A stretch of 64,000 bases of DNA from Escherichia coli. GTDB lineage: Bacteria; Pseudomonadota; Gammaproteobacteria; Enterobacterales; Enterobacteriaceae. Position numbers and translations under genes: made by a program. The notes beneath the pieces were generated by a model. It was not told the DNA's origin, searched no databases, and worked only from the letters and a program-made list of their open reading frames with translations. The stretch is from NCBI RefSeq assembly GCF_030384885.1, contig NZ_CP128613.1; one strand, written 5' to 3'. Below, one piece after another: positions 1-12,165 of the stretch; within the stretch, counting starts at the first letter, position 1, and the number at the start of each line of letters is the position of its first letter.

Positions 1-1271
1 CAGAGCGATGGCTTTATCGAGCATTGGATCGCTGCCTTTGGCATACGCGCCGACGCTAACCAGATCGCGGTTACGCTGAAAACTCGACAACAGCTGTTTG
101 AAGGTGCGCACTCGCGCGTAATGTTGCTCGCTGATCAACGCCGTCATTGCACGGCTGATCGACGCTTCAATATCAATCGCCGGATAGTGTCCGGCTTCCG
201 CCAGACGACGAGAAAGAACAATGTGACCGTCGAGGATCGCCCGTGCGGAGTCGGCAATCGGGTCCTGCTGGTCATCGCCTTCGGTGAGCACGGTATAAAA
301 CGCCGTAATTGAGCCGCCGCCGCTGATACCGTTACCGGCACGCTCGACCAGCGCCGGTAATTTGGCGAATACCGACGGTGGATAACCTTTGGTGGCAGGC
401 GGTTCGCCAATCGCCAGCGCAATCTCACGCTGGGCCATCGCGTAGCGGGTGAGGGAGTCCATAATCAGCAACACATGCTGACCACGATCGCGAAAATCTT
501 CGGCAATGCGCGTGGCATAGGCGGCACCTTGCATTCGCAGGAGCGGAGAAACATCCGCTGGAGCGGCAATCACCACGGAGCGTGCACGCCCTTCGGCACC
601 GAGGATATTCTCAATAAAATCTTTTACTTCGCGCCCACGTTCACCAATCAAACCCACGACAATGACATCGGCGCGGGTGTAACGTGCCATCATCCCCAGC
701 AGCACACTTTTACCGACACCAGAGCCAGCAAATAGCCCCATACGCTGCCCGCGACCAACGGTAAGTAGGGCATTGATTGGGCGCACGCCCGTGTCCAGCA
801 CATGTTCAATCGGTGTTCGTTGCAATGGGTTAAATGGCGGGGTGATCAGCGCACCGGTTTCTGTCGTATCGGGGGAGGGAAGGCCATCAAGCGGTTTACC
901 GCTGCCATCCAGAACGCGACCTAACAACGCCGGACCGAGTGGCAACTGCTTGCCGCTTTGCAGCCCTTCAGCCGAAATGTGTTTGGCATAAACGCGCGCG
1001 CCGGGCAGGACACCTTCCACTTCTTCCAGCGGCATTAAAAACAGCCGTTGACCGTTAAAGCCAACCACTTCGCTTTCTACTTCATGCGTTTCCGACCCGT
1101 TCTGGCGTTCAATCACACAGGTTGCGCCGAGCGGCAATTGTAATCCGGTAGCCTCCAGCACCAGCCCGGTGGCGCGGGTTAATCGCCCGTAGCGACGTAC
1201 CGCAGGCAACTGCGCCATTTTGGCTTCGAAGTTATCCAGCGTGGTTAGCCAGCGAGTCAGGCGCGTGGTCA

Positions 1272-1272
<1 letters not shown>
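1..1272 (-). CDS. fliI: Flagellum-specific ATPase FliI, partial (C-terminal end lies beyond window start)
   Basis: Minus-strand translation from ATG at 1270-1272 reads [18 protein letters not shown]...; the window start encodes ...[20 protein letters not shown]. Start codon overlaps fliH stop by 1 nt. Confidence 0.93.
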
Positions 1273-4597
<3,325 letters not shown>

Positions 4598-4811
4598 CGC
4601 GCACCTCGTGGCTGATTATGGACGGCGTTATTGGCAAAGTGGAACAAGACTCACTCCCGGGTCAGCAAACTCGAAAAATTGACGCTCCCATTATTTGTGC
4701 TTTCGTTTTTTTCTATCCGCCAATAAACCCGTTTTTTTGTTGCTATTTAGCGCCTTTGTCTTATTGACTTACTGGTAGGCTTTGCTACCAGAAATTATCC
4801 GGGAGATGAAA
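4598..4811. promoter_or_regulatory. Divergent fliF / fliE promoter region (flagellar class 2, FlhDC-dependent by established knowledge)
   Basis: 214-bp AT-rich interval between divergently oriented fliF and fliE; individual boxes not mapped. Confidence 0.5.
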
Positions 4812-5126
4812 ATGTCAGCGATACAGGGGATTGAAGGGGTTATCAGCCAGTTACAGGCTACGGCGATGAGTGCGCGTGCGCAGGAATCACTACCGCAACC
4901 GACCATTAGTTTTGCTGGGCAGCTGCATGCCGCGCTCGATCGCATAAGCGATACACAAACCGCCGCCCGCACGCAGGCAGAAAAATTCACCCTCGGCGAA
5001 CCCGGCGTGGCGTTAAACGATGTGATGACCGATATGCAAAAAGCCTCAGTTTCTATGCAAATGGGGATTCAGGTGCGTAATAAGCTGGTGGCGGCGTATC
5101 AGGAAGTGATGAGCATGCAGGTGTAG
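4812..5126 (+). CDS. fliE: Flagellar hook-basal body protein FliE
   Basis: 104-aa product [24 protein letters not shown]... from ATG at 4812; the track ORF 4782..5126 has a 10-codon upstream extension. Confidence 0.93.
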   Translation: MSAIQGIEGVISQLQATAMSARAQESLPQPTISFAGQLHAALDRISDTQTAARTQAEKFTLGEPGVALNDVMTDMQKASVSMQMGIQVRNKLVAAYQEVMSMQV

Positions 5127-5470
5127 GTTTTGTAACCTGTTGACTATGCTTGTTTAATTATATCCGATCCCACAGCGTGGGGCATGGATGGGGCAAACTC
5201 ACTCAATTTCTGGTTTAAAATGGATACCTGATCCTGGTTGTTTTCTGCCATCCACGATCCGTAAACGCGATAAAATGTTTTGTCTTCGCTTTGCTCATAG
5301 GAAGAGTGAACTCTTTCGTTAGCCTGGGGTTCCTTCTGATCATTATTGTTCCTGCCTTTATCTCTTGCCACGCCAGAGCCCCCTGGATACACACACACCA
5401 GGATGAAAACGGTGAGTTGTGTTCAAACTGTAGTACAATTCTCTCCAGTATGAACAGGAAAGAATATGCT

Positions 5471-5803
5471 ATGAACCCTTATATTTATCTTGGTGGCGCA
5501 ATACTTGCAGAGGTCATTGGTACAACCTTAATGAAGTTTTCAGAGGGGTTTACACGGTTATGGCCCTCTGTTGGCACAATTATTTGCTATTGTGCATCAT
5601 TCTGGTTATTAGCTCAGACGCTGGCTTATATACCTACAGGGATTGCTTATGCTATCTGGTCAGGAGTCGGTATCGTTCTGATTAGTTTGCTTTCCTGGGG
5701 ATTTTTTGGCCAACGACTGGACCTGCCAGCCATCATAGGCATGATGTTGATTTGTGCCGGTGTGTTAGTCATTAACTTGTTGTCACGAAGTGCACCGCAT
5801 TAA
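5471..5803 (+). CDS. emrE: Small multidrug resistance (SMR) efflux transporter EmrE
   Basis: 110-aa product MNPYIYLGGAILAEVIGTTLMKFSEGFTRLWPSVGTIICY... inside track ORF 5291..5803; four hydrophobic segments; RBS-like aggaaag upstream. Confidence 0.85.
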   Translation: MNPYIYLGGAILAEVIGTTLMKFSEGFTRLWPSVGTIICYCASFWLLAQTLAYIPTGIAYAIWSGVGIVLISLLSWGFFGQRLDLPAIIGMMLICAGVLVINLLSRSAPH

Positions 5804-5971
5804 AAAATAATTATCCTTGAGACAACAGGAATGTAATTTGTGCATATTATGGCTAATGTTGAGGGCAACTTTATAATTATGATTGCATTTGCACGATCAT
5901 TGCGCCTTTATGCATAATGAGAGCAAGGCACATCAAATAAAATAACGATAGGTCACAACAAAGAGGTTTTT

Positions 5972-6523
5972 ATGAAAAAGCTTATCGTTTCAAGTGTATT
6001 GGCATTCATAACATTTTCTGCGCAGGCCGCAGCATTTCAGGTCACTAGTAATGAAATAAAAACAGGAGAGCAACTTACAACGTCTCATGTATTTTCTGGA
6101 TTTGGGTGTGAGGGGGGTAATACATCGCCCTCATTAACCTGGTCTGGTGCTCCAGAAGGCACCAAAAGCTTTGCCGTAACTGTGTATGATCCAGATGCGC
6201 CTACAGGCAGTGGATGGTGGCACTGGACGGTTGCTAATATTCCAGCAACGGTAACATATTTGCCCGCTGATGCAGGAAGACGTGATGGTACAAAACTTCC
6301 GACTGGTGCTGTCCAAGGCCGAAATGATTTTGGCTATGCAGGATTTGGTGGAGCATGTCCTCCCAAAGGAGATAAACCCCATCATTACCAGTTTAAAGTA
6401 TGGGCTCTAAAAACTGATAAGATTCCTGTAGATTCTAATTCCAGCGGAGCGTTAGTTGGTTATATGCTTAATGCCAATAAAATTGCAACCGCTGAGATAA
6501 CACCCGTTTATGAGGTAAAGTAG
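5972..6523 (+). CDS. ybcL: Periplasmic PEBP/RKIP-family protein YbcL
   Basis: 183-aa ORF with N-terminal signal peptide MKKLIVSSVLAFITFSAQAAAF; matches YbcL as I recall it. Confidence 0.8.
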   Translation: MKKLIVSSVLAFITFSAQAAAFQVTSNEIKTGEQLTTSHVFSGFGCEGGNTSPSLTWSGAPEGTKSFAVTVYDPDAPTGSGWWHWTVANIPATVTYLPADAGRRDGTKLPTGAVQGRNDFGYAGFGGACPPKGDKPHHYQFKVWALKTDKIPVDSNSSGALVGYMLNANKIATAEITPVYEVK

Positions 6524-6532
6524 GATAAGAGT

Positions 6533-7330
6533 ATGCTGGCAAAAGATAGGACTAACCTAAAGATTGAAGAAATACGGATGCATAAACATCATGAGATTCA
6601 CAGGGTTAAGCCTCTTATGCCAGCTTTATGTCGTATCCGTCAGGGAAAAAAAGTTATCAATTGGGAGACGCATAGTCTAACTGTTGATAATAATCAGATA
6701 ATATTATTTCCCTGTGGATATGAATTTTATATTGCGAATTACCCAGAAGCAGGTCTTTATCTTGCAGAAATGCTTTATTATCCCATTGATCTAATTGAAA
6801 AGTTCCAAAATCTTTATGCGATAACCGATCAAATTCGTAACACGACAGGTTTCTGCTTACCTCAGAATCCTGAGTTAATATATTGTTGGGAGCAACTAAA
6901 AACATCTATTTCCCGAGACTTCTCAACGCAAATTCAGGAACACTTAGCAATGGGCGTTCTACTTTCATTAGGAGCACATCATGTTAATTGTTTACTTTTA
7001 TCAGATAGTAAACAATCATTAATAAGTCGTTGTTATAACCTAATGCTATCCGAACCTGGAACAAAATGGACAGCAAACAAGGTAGCGAGATATCTCTACA
7101 TTTCTGTTTCCACATTGCATCGCCGTCTGGCAAGCGAGGGAGTAAGTTTTCAAAGTATATTGGACGACGTGAGGTTAAATAATGCGTTGTCTGCTATACA
7201 AACGACAGTAAAACCCATCAGCGAGATTGCCAGGGAAAATGGTTACAAGTGTCCTTCTCGTTTTACTGAAAGGTTCCATAATCGTTTTAAGATAACACCA
7301 AGAGAGCTAAGAAAAGCGTCCAGAGAGTAA
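6533..7330 (+). CDS. ybcM: AraC-family transcriptional regulator YbcM
   Basis: 265-aa ORF; C-terminal AraC-type helix-turn-helix region (...[41 protein letters not shown]...). Confidence 0.8.
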   Translation: MLAKDRTNLKIEEIRMHKHHEIHRVKPLMPALCRIRQGKKVINWETHSLTVDNNQIILFPCGYEFYIANYPEAGLYLAEMLYYPIDLIEKFQNLYAITDQIRNTTGFCLPQNPELIYCWEQLKTSISRDFSTQIQEHLAMGVLLSLGAHHVNCLLLSDSKQSLISRCYNLMLSEPGTKWTANKVARYLYISVSTLHRRLASEGVSFQSILDDVRLNNALSAIQTTVKPISEIARENGYKCPSRFTERFHNRFKITPRELRKASRE

Positions 7331-7339
7331 AAGTATTTT

Positions 7340-7459
7340 ATGAAGGAGCAACAGCATCGATTTTTATTTTGGAAAATAAATACGGCATACTCAACCTATT
7401 GGAGCCTGAACAATCCGGTGACTTCTGCGCTAATCGGGGACGTTTATAAGCACATATAA
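7340..7459 (+). CDS. Hypothetical 39-aa small ORF immediately after ybcM (possibly a ylcH-like small protein)
   Basis: ATG 7340 to TAA 7457-7459, MKEQQHRFLFWKINTAYSTYWSLNNPVTSALIGDVYKHI; below the ORF-track size cut-off; no independent support. Confidence 0.2.
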   Translation: MKEQQHRFLFWKINTAYSTYWSLNNPVTSALIGDVYKHI

Positions 7460-8019
7460 TTGATACTATCTTCCTCCATCACAATTTCAGAAATGCACGT
7501 GTGATTTTTTTGCATCCGGCGTTTGGACTATGTGGAGTTCAAGAGTGGGAAAGTTACAAGAGGTTGAGGGGATAATTAAAGGGATGCTTATGACATTAGA
7601 TATCCGGATAGGTACGGATATCGTTGTTATTAAATCTAGTTTATACGTTAAGATGCAGCTACAGCAGAAATTACCACTGTTAATTTTTTCATCGTGAGCC
7701 CTTTTATTTGTACTATTATTTAAAAATGATGTCACTGCACTACAAATACTCATCTAATCAATGAGATTATTTCAAGATGTAAGTTTTAGTTTCTCATTTA
7801 AATTGTGAAGCAGATCCCTCCTTTTATCTGAACTGTTTCTATTGTACACAATGCATGACTATTTTGTGAACGAATATAAATTTGGTAGTCAAATTATATT
7901 AAAGGTTGTTATTTATGATTGACTCATAATTTATTTTTTTAATTTAAATAACCTAATAATAACCATGGAGATTATTTGCATGATATTTGTTTAGACTTGT
8001 TAATGTAATTGAGGTGATT

Positions 8020-8694
8020 TTATTTAATACGCAATATAGCGCCGCTTGATATTAGTTCTATTTTTTTTTGCGTAAGATAGATGAGACAAACTGAGACGCA
8101 TAATGGTTTGCAAGGCTCTAATACTTTGATGTTGAGGATGTGATGGGGCATGTACGTGCATAGTACAATGATGTCCATGCCGGTGTAGATAATCTCCAGG
8201 CTTATCCGGTGCGCCGTAAAACCCCGTCCTTCAGGGCGGGGATATAAGGCGCGGTTTTCCACCTGACCAGGTGTTTGCTGTTGTTCAATGTATTGGCGGA
8301 TGACGGACATTGGCGCACCTCCGCAGCTACTGGCAAAATTGCCAGGACTCCACAAAACGCCTTTGTAGTAATACCTGACTGTAATATCTGGTCGATCTCG
8401 TCGCAGTAACCTACCCGATACGCCTTTGAGGCTGTTTACCAGACTGGATATCGCCAGTTTGGGAGGATAGTTAATTAACAAATGGACGTGATCTGGTTCG
8501 CCATCCATTTCAACCAGTTCAGCTTCAAAATCAGCACATACATTTGAAAAGTAAGTGCGTAGTTTTTCTGTCGCGTCATGGTCAAAAATCTGGCGTCGGT
8601 ATTTGGTGACAAAGACCAGGTGAACATGCATCAGGAAAACACAATGCCTTCCACGCCGGATATCGGTTTCTTTTTTCACAGACCAAAGTATCAT
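8020..8694 (-). CDS. tnpA: IS200/IS605-family HUH (Y1) transposase TnpA; conserved core is about aa 1-145, and the ORF continues a further ~80 codons with no stop
   Basis: HUH motif (DHVHLLINYPP), ...HVHLVFVTKYRRQ... and catalytic-Tyr region ...GGAPMSVIRQYIEQQQ align with IS608/IS200 TnpA; similarity ends near nt 8275. Confidence 0.7.
   Translation of the reverse strand: MILWSVKKETDIRRGRHCVFLMHVHLVFVTKYRRQIFDHDATEKLRTYFSNVCADFEAELVEMDGEPDHVHLLINYPPKLAISSLVNSLKGVSGRLLRRDRPDITVRYYYKGVLWSPGNFASSCGGAPMSVIRQYIEQQQTPGQVENRALYPRPEGRGFTAHRISLEIIYTGMDIIVLCTYMPHHILNIKVLEPCKPLCVSVCLIYLTQKKIELISSGAILRIK
8222..8241 (+). repeat. Left-end subterminal imperfect palindrome (hairpin) of the IS200/IS605 element
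   Basis: ccccgtcc-ttca-gggcgggg: 8-bp stem with one G:T position and a TTCA loop. Confidence 0.6.
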
Positions 8695-8701
8695 TTGACC
8701 T

Positions 8702-9910
8702 GTGAAACGATTACAGGCATTTAAATTCCAGTTAAGACCCGGTGGTCAACAGGAGTGTGAAATGAGGCGCTTCGCAGGCGCATGTCGTTTCGTTTTCAAT
8801 CGTGCTCTGGCGCTTCAGAATGAGAATCATAAGGCCGGTAAGAAATACATCCCTTACGGGAAAATGGCTTCCTGGCTGGTTGAGTGGAAAAATGCCACTG
8901 AAACGCAATGGCTTAAAGATTCGCCCTCACAGCCATTGCAACAGTCACTGAAAGACCTTGAGCGGGCTTACAAAAACTTCTTCCAGAAGCGGGCTGCTTT
9001 TCCCCGATTCAAAAAGCGGGGACAGAATGATGCATTCCACTACCCGCAGGGCGTTAAGCTCGATCAGGAAAACAGCCGTATTTTTCTGCCGAAACTTGGC
9101 TGGATGCGCTACCGGAATAGCCGTCAGGTCACGGGTGTTGTGAAAAATGTCACTGTCAGCCAGTCCTGCGGTAAGTGGTACATCAGTATTCAGACAGAAA
9201 GTGAAGTATCAACTCCGGTTCATCCTTCAGCATCAATGGTCGGGCTGGATGCTGGCGTGGCTAAACTCGCCACGCTGTCAGATGGCACAGTCTTTAAGCC
9301 TGTAAACAGTTTTCAGAAAAACCAGAAGACGCTGGCGAGACTTCAGCGACAGTTAAGCCGCAAGGTCGAATTCAGCAATAACTGGCAGAAGCAGAAACGC
9401 AAAATACAGCGACTGCATTCCCGTATCGCAAATATCCACAGGGACTACCTTCACAAAGTCACAACGACCGTCAGCAAAAACCACGCAATGATAGTCATTG
9501 AGGATTTGAAGGTCAGCAACATGTCAAAGTCAGCAGCGGGTACGGTCAGCCAGCCGGGGCGCAATGTCCGGGCAAAATCAGGTTTAAACCGTTCGATACT
9601 GGATCAGGGCTGGTATGAAATGCGCCGCCAGCTTGAGTACAAGCAGCTCTGGCGTGGCGGTCAGGTGCTTGCTGTTCCGCCAGCGTACACAAGCCAGCGT
9701 TGCGCGTGCTGTGGTCATACAGCGAAAGAAAATCGCCTGTCACAAAGTAAATTCAGATGCCAGGTATGTGGATATACAGCGAACGCCGATGTAAACGGCG
9801 CTCGTAACATTTTAGCGGCGGGGCACGCCGTTCTTGCCTGTGGAGAGATGGTGCAGTCAGGCCGCCCGTTGAAGCAGGAACCCACCGAAATGATTCAGGC
9901 GACAGCCTGA
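8702..9910 (+). CDS. tnpB: IS200/IS605-family TnpB (OrfB; RuvC-like RNA-guided nuclease family), apparently intact
   Basis: 402-aa ORF, GTG start at 8702. N-terminus [13 protein letters not shown].. resembles ISDra2 TnpB; RuvC-I (MVGLDAG), RuvC-II (IVIEDLKV), Cys4 zinc finger (CACCGH...CQVCGY) and RuvC-III ([10 protein letters not shown]) all present. Confidence 0.85.
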   Translation: MKRLQAFKFQLRPGGQQECEMRRFAGACRFVFNRALALQNENHKAGKKYIPYGKMASWLVEWKNATETQWLKDSPSQPLQQSLKDLERAYKNFFQKRAAFPRFKKRGQNDAFHYPQGVKLDQENSRIFLPKLGWMRYRNSRQVTGVVKNVTVSQSCGKWYISIQTESEVSTPVHPSASMVGLDAGVAKLATLSDGTVFKPVNSFQKNQKTLARLQRQLSRKVEFSNNWQKQKRKIQRLHSRIANIHRDYLHKVTTTVSKNHAMIVIEDLKVSNMSKSAAGTVSQPGRNVRAKSGLNRSILDQGWYEMRRQLEYKQLWRGGQVLAVPPAYTSQRCACCGHTAKENRLSQSKFRCQVCGYTANADVNGARNILAAGHAVLACGEMVQSGRPLKQEPTEMIQATA

Positions 9911-9970
9911 ACGTAGCAGGGATCCACGTCCTTCAGGGCGTGGAGGATGTCAACAAACAGGTTGAATTAA
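9790..9970 (+). ncRNA. Predicted TnpB-associated omega-RNA (right-end RNA): scaffold over tnpB 3' end plus right-end hairpin, guide from flanking DNA
   Basis: Inferred from the established architecture of TnpB elements; no sequence-level RNA model was fitted and the extent is approximate. Confidence 0.3.
9924..9943 (+). repeat. Right-end subterminal imperfect palindrome (hairpin) of the IS200/IS605 element
   Basis: ccacgtcc-ttca-gggcgtgg: same stem/loop layout as the left-end hairpin, including the G:T position; 14 nt after the tnpB stop. Confidence 0.6.
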
Positions 9971-10621
9971 CTCCGCGCCCTGGTTTTTGACATTACCCAC
10001 CGCGCGCGACACAGGGTGCCAGGTGAACTGGTTTGCTGGAACACAGCCACTGGCAGCAATTTCAGAGGCTTCTTTACCGCTAATCTCTTGCCGCATCCAT
10101 TCCCGCGCAGCTTCTGGCGACAGTACCAGCGGGCGGCGGTCATGAATATCTACCAGACCCTGGTCTGCTGCTGCAGTGACAATTAAAAATCCTTCGGCTT
10201 CGTCACCACGCTCAAACGGTGTGCTACCTATCGCGGCTATAAAAACAGGTTGTCCATCAGCGCGATAGATAAAATAAGGCTGTTTTTTGTCGCCTTCTTT
10301 TTTCCACTCAAACCAGCCATCGGCAAAACAGATTGCCCGACCATGTTGCCAGAGCGGTTTAAACATACGACTGGTTGCCGCAGTTTCTACGCGGGCGTTA
10401 ATCAGCGGCGGTTTATCCCACCATCCGGGAGCATATCCCCAGAAAACCGGATCCAGATGAAGGTGTTCATCACGTTCACTGAGCAGAAGAACTTTGGTTC
10501 CCGGCGCGACGTTGTATCTGCCAATAGGTTCGGGATCGTAGGGAATATCGCGTTCAATATCTTCCGCGAGAAGCGCAAGGTAATCTTCACGCGTTTGGGA
10601 TTGGGTAAAGCGTCCACACAT
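9950..10621 (-). CDS. yedK: SOS-response-associated peptidase (abasic-site processing protein) YedK
   Basis: 223-aa ORF starting MCGRFTQSQTREDYLALLAEDIERDIPYDPEP... (SRAP family, catalytic Cys2); C-terminus ...AELIQPVC sits at the IS right end. Confidence 0.88.
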   Translation of the reverse strand: MCGRFTQSQTREDYLALLAEDIERDIPYDPEPIGRYNVAPGTKVLLLSERDEHLHLDPVFWGYAPGWWDKPPLINARVETAATSRMFKPLWQHGRAICFADGWFEWKKEGDKKQPYFIYRADGQPVFIAAIGSTPFERGDEAEGFLIVTAAADQGLVDIHDRRPLVLSPEAAREWMRQEISGKEASEIAASGCVPANQFTWHPVSRAVGNVKNQGAELIQPVC

Positions 10622-10697
10622 AGCAACCTCCTGAGATCATACTGAAAAGAATAGGAGAGGGGGCGGGTAAAATCTATGTGATACAGAGGTAACGATG

Positions 10698-10722
10698 TTC
10701 CCGCTGTTGGCCACAGCGGGAA
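10698..10722. other. Perfect 9-bp inverted repeat (hairpin) between yedF and yedK
   Basis: ttcccgctg-ttggcca-cagcgggaa; no adjacent T-run, so not a canonical terminator. Confidence 0.3.
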
Positions 10723-10729
10723 TGAGGGA

Positions 10730-10963
10730 TTACTTCTGAATTAAATAACGAATGGTCGGCCCGTCTTGCTGAATATCCAGCACCGTATAGCCGTGATTAC
10801 GCGCATCCAGTGGAATATTATTGATCGACTGCGGACAGTCGCTCACCACTTCCAGGATCTCACCTTTTTTTAACTGCGGCATCGCCTCAAGGGTTGCAAC
10901 TGCCGGATAAGGGCAGGGTTCACCCACCATATCAAGGCGGTAATCAGGAACGATATTTTTCAT
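10730..10963 (-). CDS. yedF: TusA-like sulfurtransferase-family protein YedF
   Basis: 77-aa ORF MKNIVPDYRLDMVGEPCPYPAVATLEAM... with the CPxP motif. Confidence 0.88.
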   Translation of the reverse strand: MKNIVPDYRLDMVGEPCPYPAVATLEAMPQLKKGEILEVVSDCPQSINNIPLDARNHGYTVLDIQQDGPTIRYLIQK

Positions 10964-12165
10964 GCGATCTCCTTGGCTGTCTGCGGTGCCGCACGGCGGA
11001 AGAAGCGTTTTTCCCAGCCGATAATCAACATCAGCGCAGCAAACAGCAGCAAATATGTCACCAGCAGGCCACCCATCGGACCAAAGGTTTTCAGTAGGTT
11101 GATTTTGTCCCAGTCGGTGGCCAGCGCCGGAGCGAAATCATCCCAGTAATACGCCAGAATCGTTGAGCCGATCACATTGCCCAGACCGACCCACCAGTAG
11201 TGCACCTGGCCTTCTACCGCGCGGTACATCCAGCCGGTTTCGCAGCCGCCTGCCAGCACGATGCCAAATCCAAACAGCAAACCACCAATTACCGCGTTTG
11301 GACCTGCCCACATGATTTTGGGTTCAACGCCTAACTGTACGTAACTGAAGATCCCGATGGCACTTACCGCCATACCGATAATAATTGCTTTCGCCATGTG
11401 GGTACGTCCGGTGATCCACATATCGCGGAACGCCGAAGTAAAGCAGATTTGCGCACGTTCAATCAGTAAACCAAAGCCGACGCCAAACAGCATTGCCAGC
11501 CCCAGTTTTGGTTGGTTCATCGCCGTCAGTAGCGCCCAGCCCAGCATGCCGAAAAAGACCAGCATCCCGAGACGAAAACGACGCCGCGCCTGATCCGGTT
11601 TTTGCGTCAGCGGTGAGGCGGCAGAAACTTTCTGCATTTTCACGGGAATACGGAAGATGGGCAGCAGGGTAAAGCGCGCGCCAAACCATGAACCAATGGC
11701 AGTGGCGATGGCAAAGAACCAGGCATGCAGCGAGAACTGAGGAATGCCGGTAAAGAACGCCGCCAGGTTACAGCCCATTGCCAGACGCGCGCCAAAACCG
11801 GCGATAATGCCGCCAATGATGGCCTGCATAATGCGGATACGGCTGCGCGGCATGCGTAGTTTGACATTGTTGGCCCACAGCGCTGCAGCAAAGCAGCCGC
11901 CAAACATACCGAGGATCATCATTCCGTCGATGCGGGTTAATGGCGATCCTTCCAGATGAATAATTTTAAAATAACCCCACTCTTCAGCATGGACGCCAAA
12001 CAGCTGCAAAACCTGACCGCCCCAACGGGTAAATTCACCCGTGACTGCCCAAAAGGTGCCAGTGATGCCAAAATAGTAAGTGGAGAGAATACCCGCCGCG
12101 ATGACCGCGGGGATGGGCGCCCAGAATTTAATCAACCAGGCGTGTTTGAATTGCTGCCATGACAT
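10960..12165 (-). CDS. yedE: Inner-membrane transporter-like protein YedE (selenium/sulfur-related)
   Basis: 401-aa polytopic membrane ORF; 4-nt overlap with yedF start (translational coupling). Confidence 0.85.
   Translation of the reverse strand: MSWQQFKHAWLIKFWAPIPAVIAAGILSTYYFGITGTFWAVTGEFTRWGGQVLQLFGVHAEEWGYFKIIHLEGSPLTRIDGMMILGMFGGCFAAALWANNVKLRMPRSRIRIMQAIIGGIIAGFGARLAMGCNLAAFFTGIPQFSLHAWFFAIATAIGSWFGARFTLLPIFRIPVKMQKVSAASPLTQKPDQARRRFRLGMLVFFGMLGWALLTAMNQPKLGLAMLFGVGFGLLIERAQICFTSAFRDMWITGRTHMAKAIIIGMAVSAIGIFSYVQLGVEPKIMWAGPNAVIGGLLFGFGIVLAGGCETGWMYRAVEGQVHYWWVGLGNVIGSTILAYYWDDFAPALATDWDKINLLKTFGPMGGLLVTYLLLFAALMLIIGWEKRFFRRAAPQTAKEIA

Larger units (their letters stand above)
8203..9953 (+). 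mobile_element. IS200/IS605-family insertion sequence (divergent tnpA and tnpB between subterminal hairpins); boundaries approximate, about +/-20 bp
   Basis: Divergent tnpA (-) and tnpB (+) bracketed by two near-identical imperfect palindromes on the same strand (8222..8241 and 9924..9943); ends placed by analogy with IS608 spacing. Confidence 0.6.

Noticed and set aside
5144-5398. 84-aa minus-strand ORF between fliE and emrE
   Set aside because: No recognisable similarity, overlaps the probable emrE upstream region and the fliE terminator hairpin (5169-5181), and lacks a convincing RBS; more likely non-coding.
5291-5470. 60-codon N-terminal extension of the emrE ORF in the track (170 aa total)
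   Set aside because: EmrE is a 110-aa four-helix protein starting MNPYIYL with an RBS-like aggaaag just upstream; the extension is attributed to the absence of an in-frame stop rather than to coding sequence.
7487-7753. 88-aa minus-strand ORF in the AT-rich spacer
   Set aside because: Low-complexity Ile/Ser/Asn-rich translation of AT-rich DNA with no start context; considered spurious.
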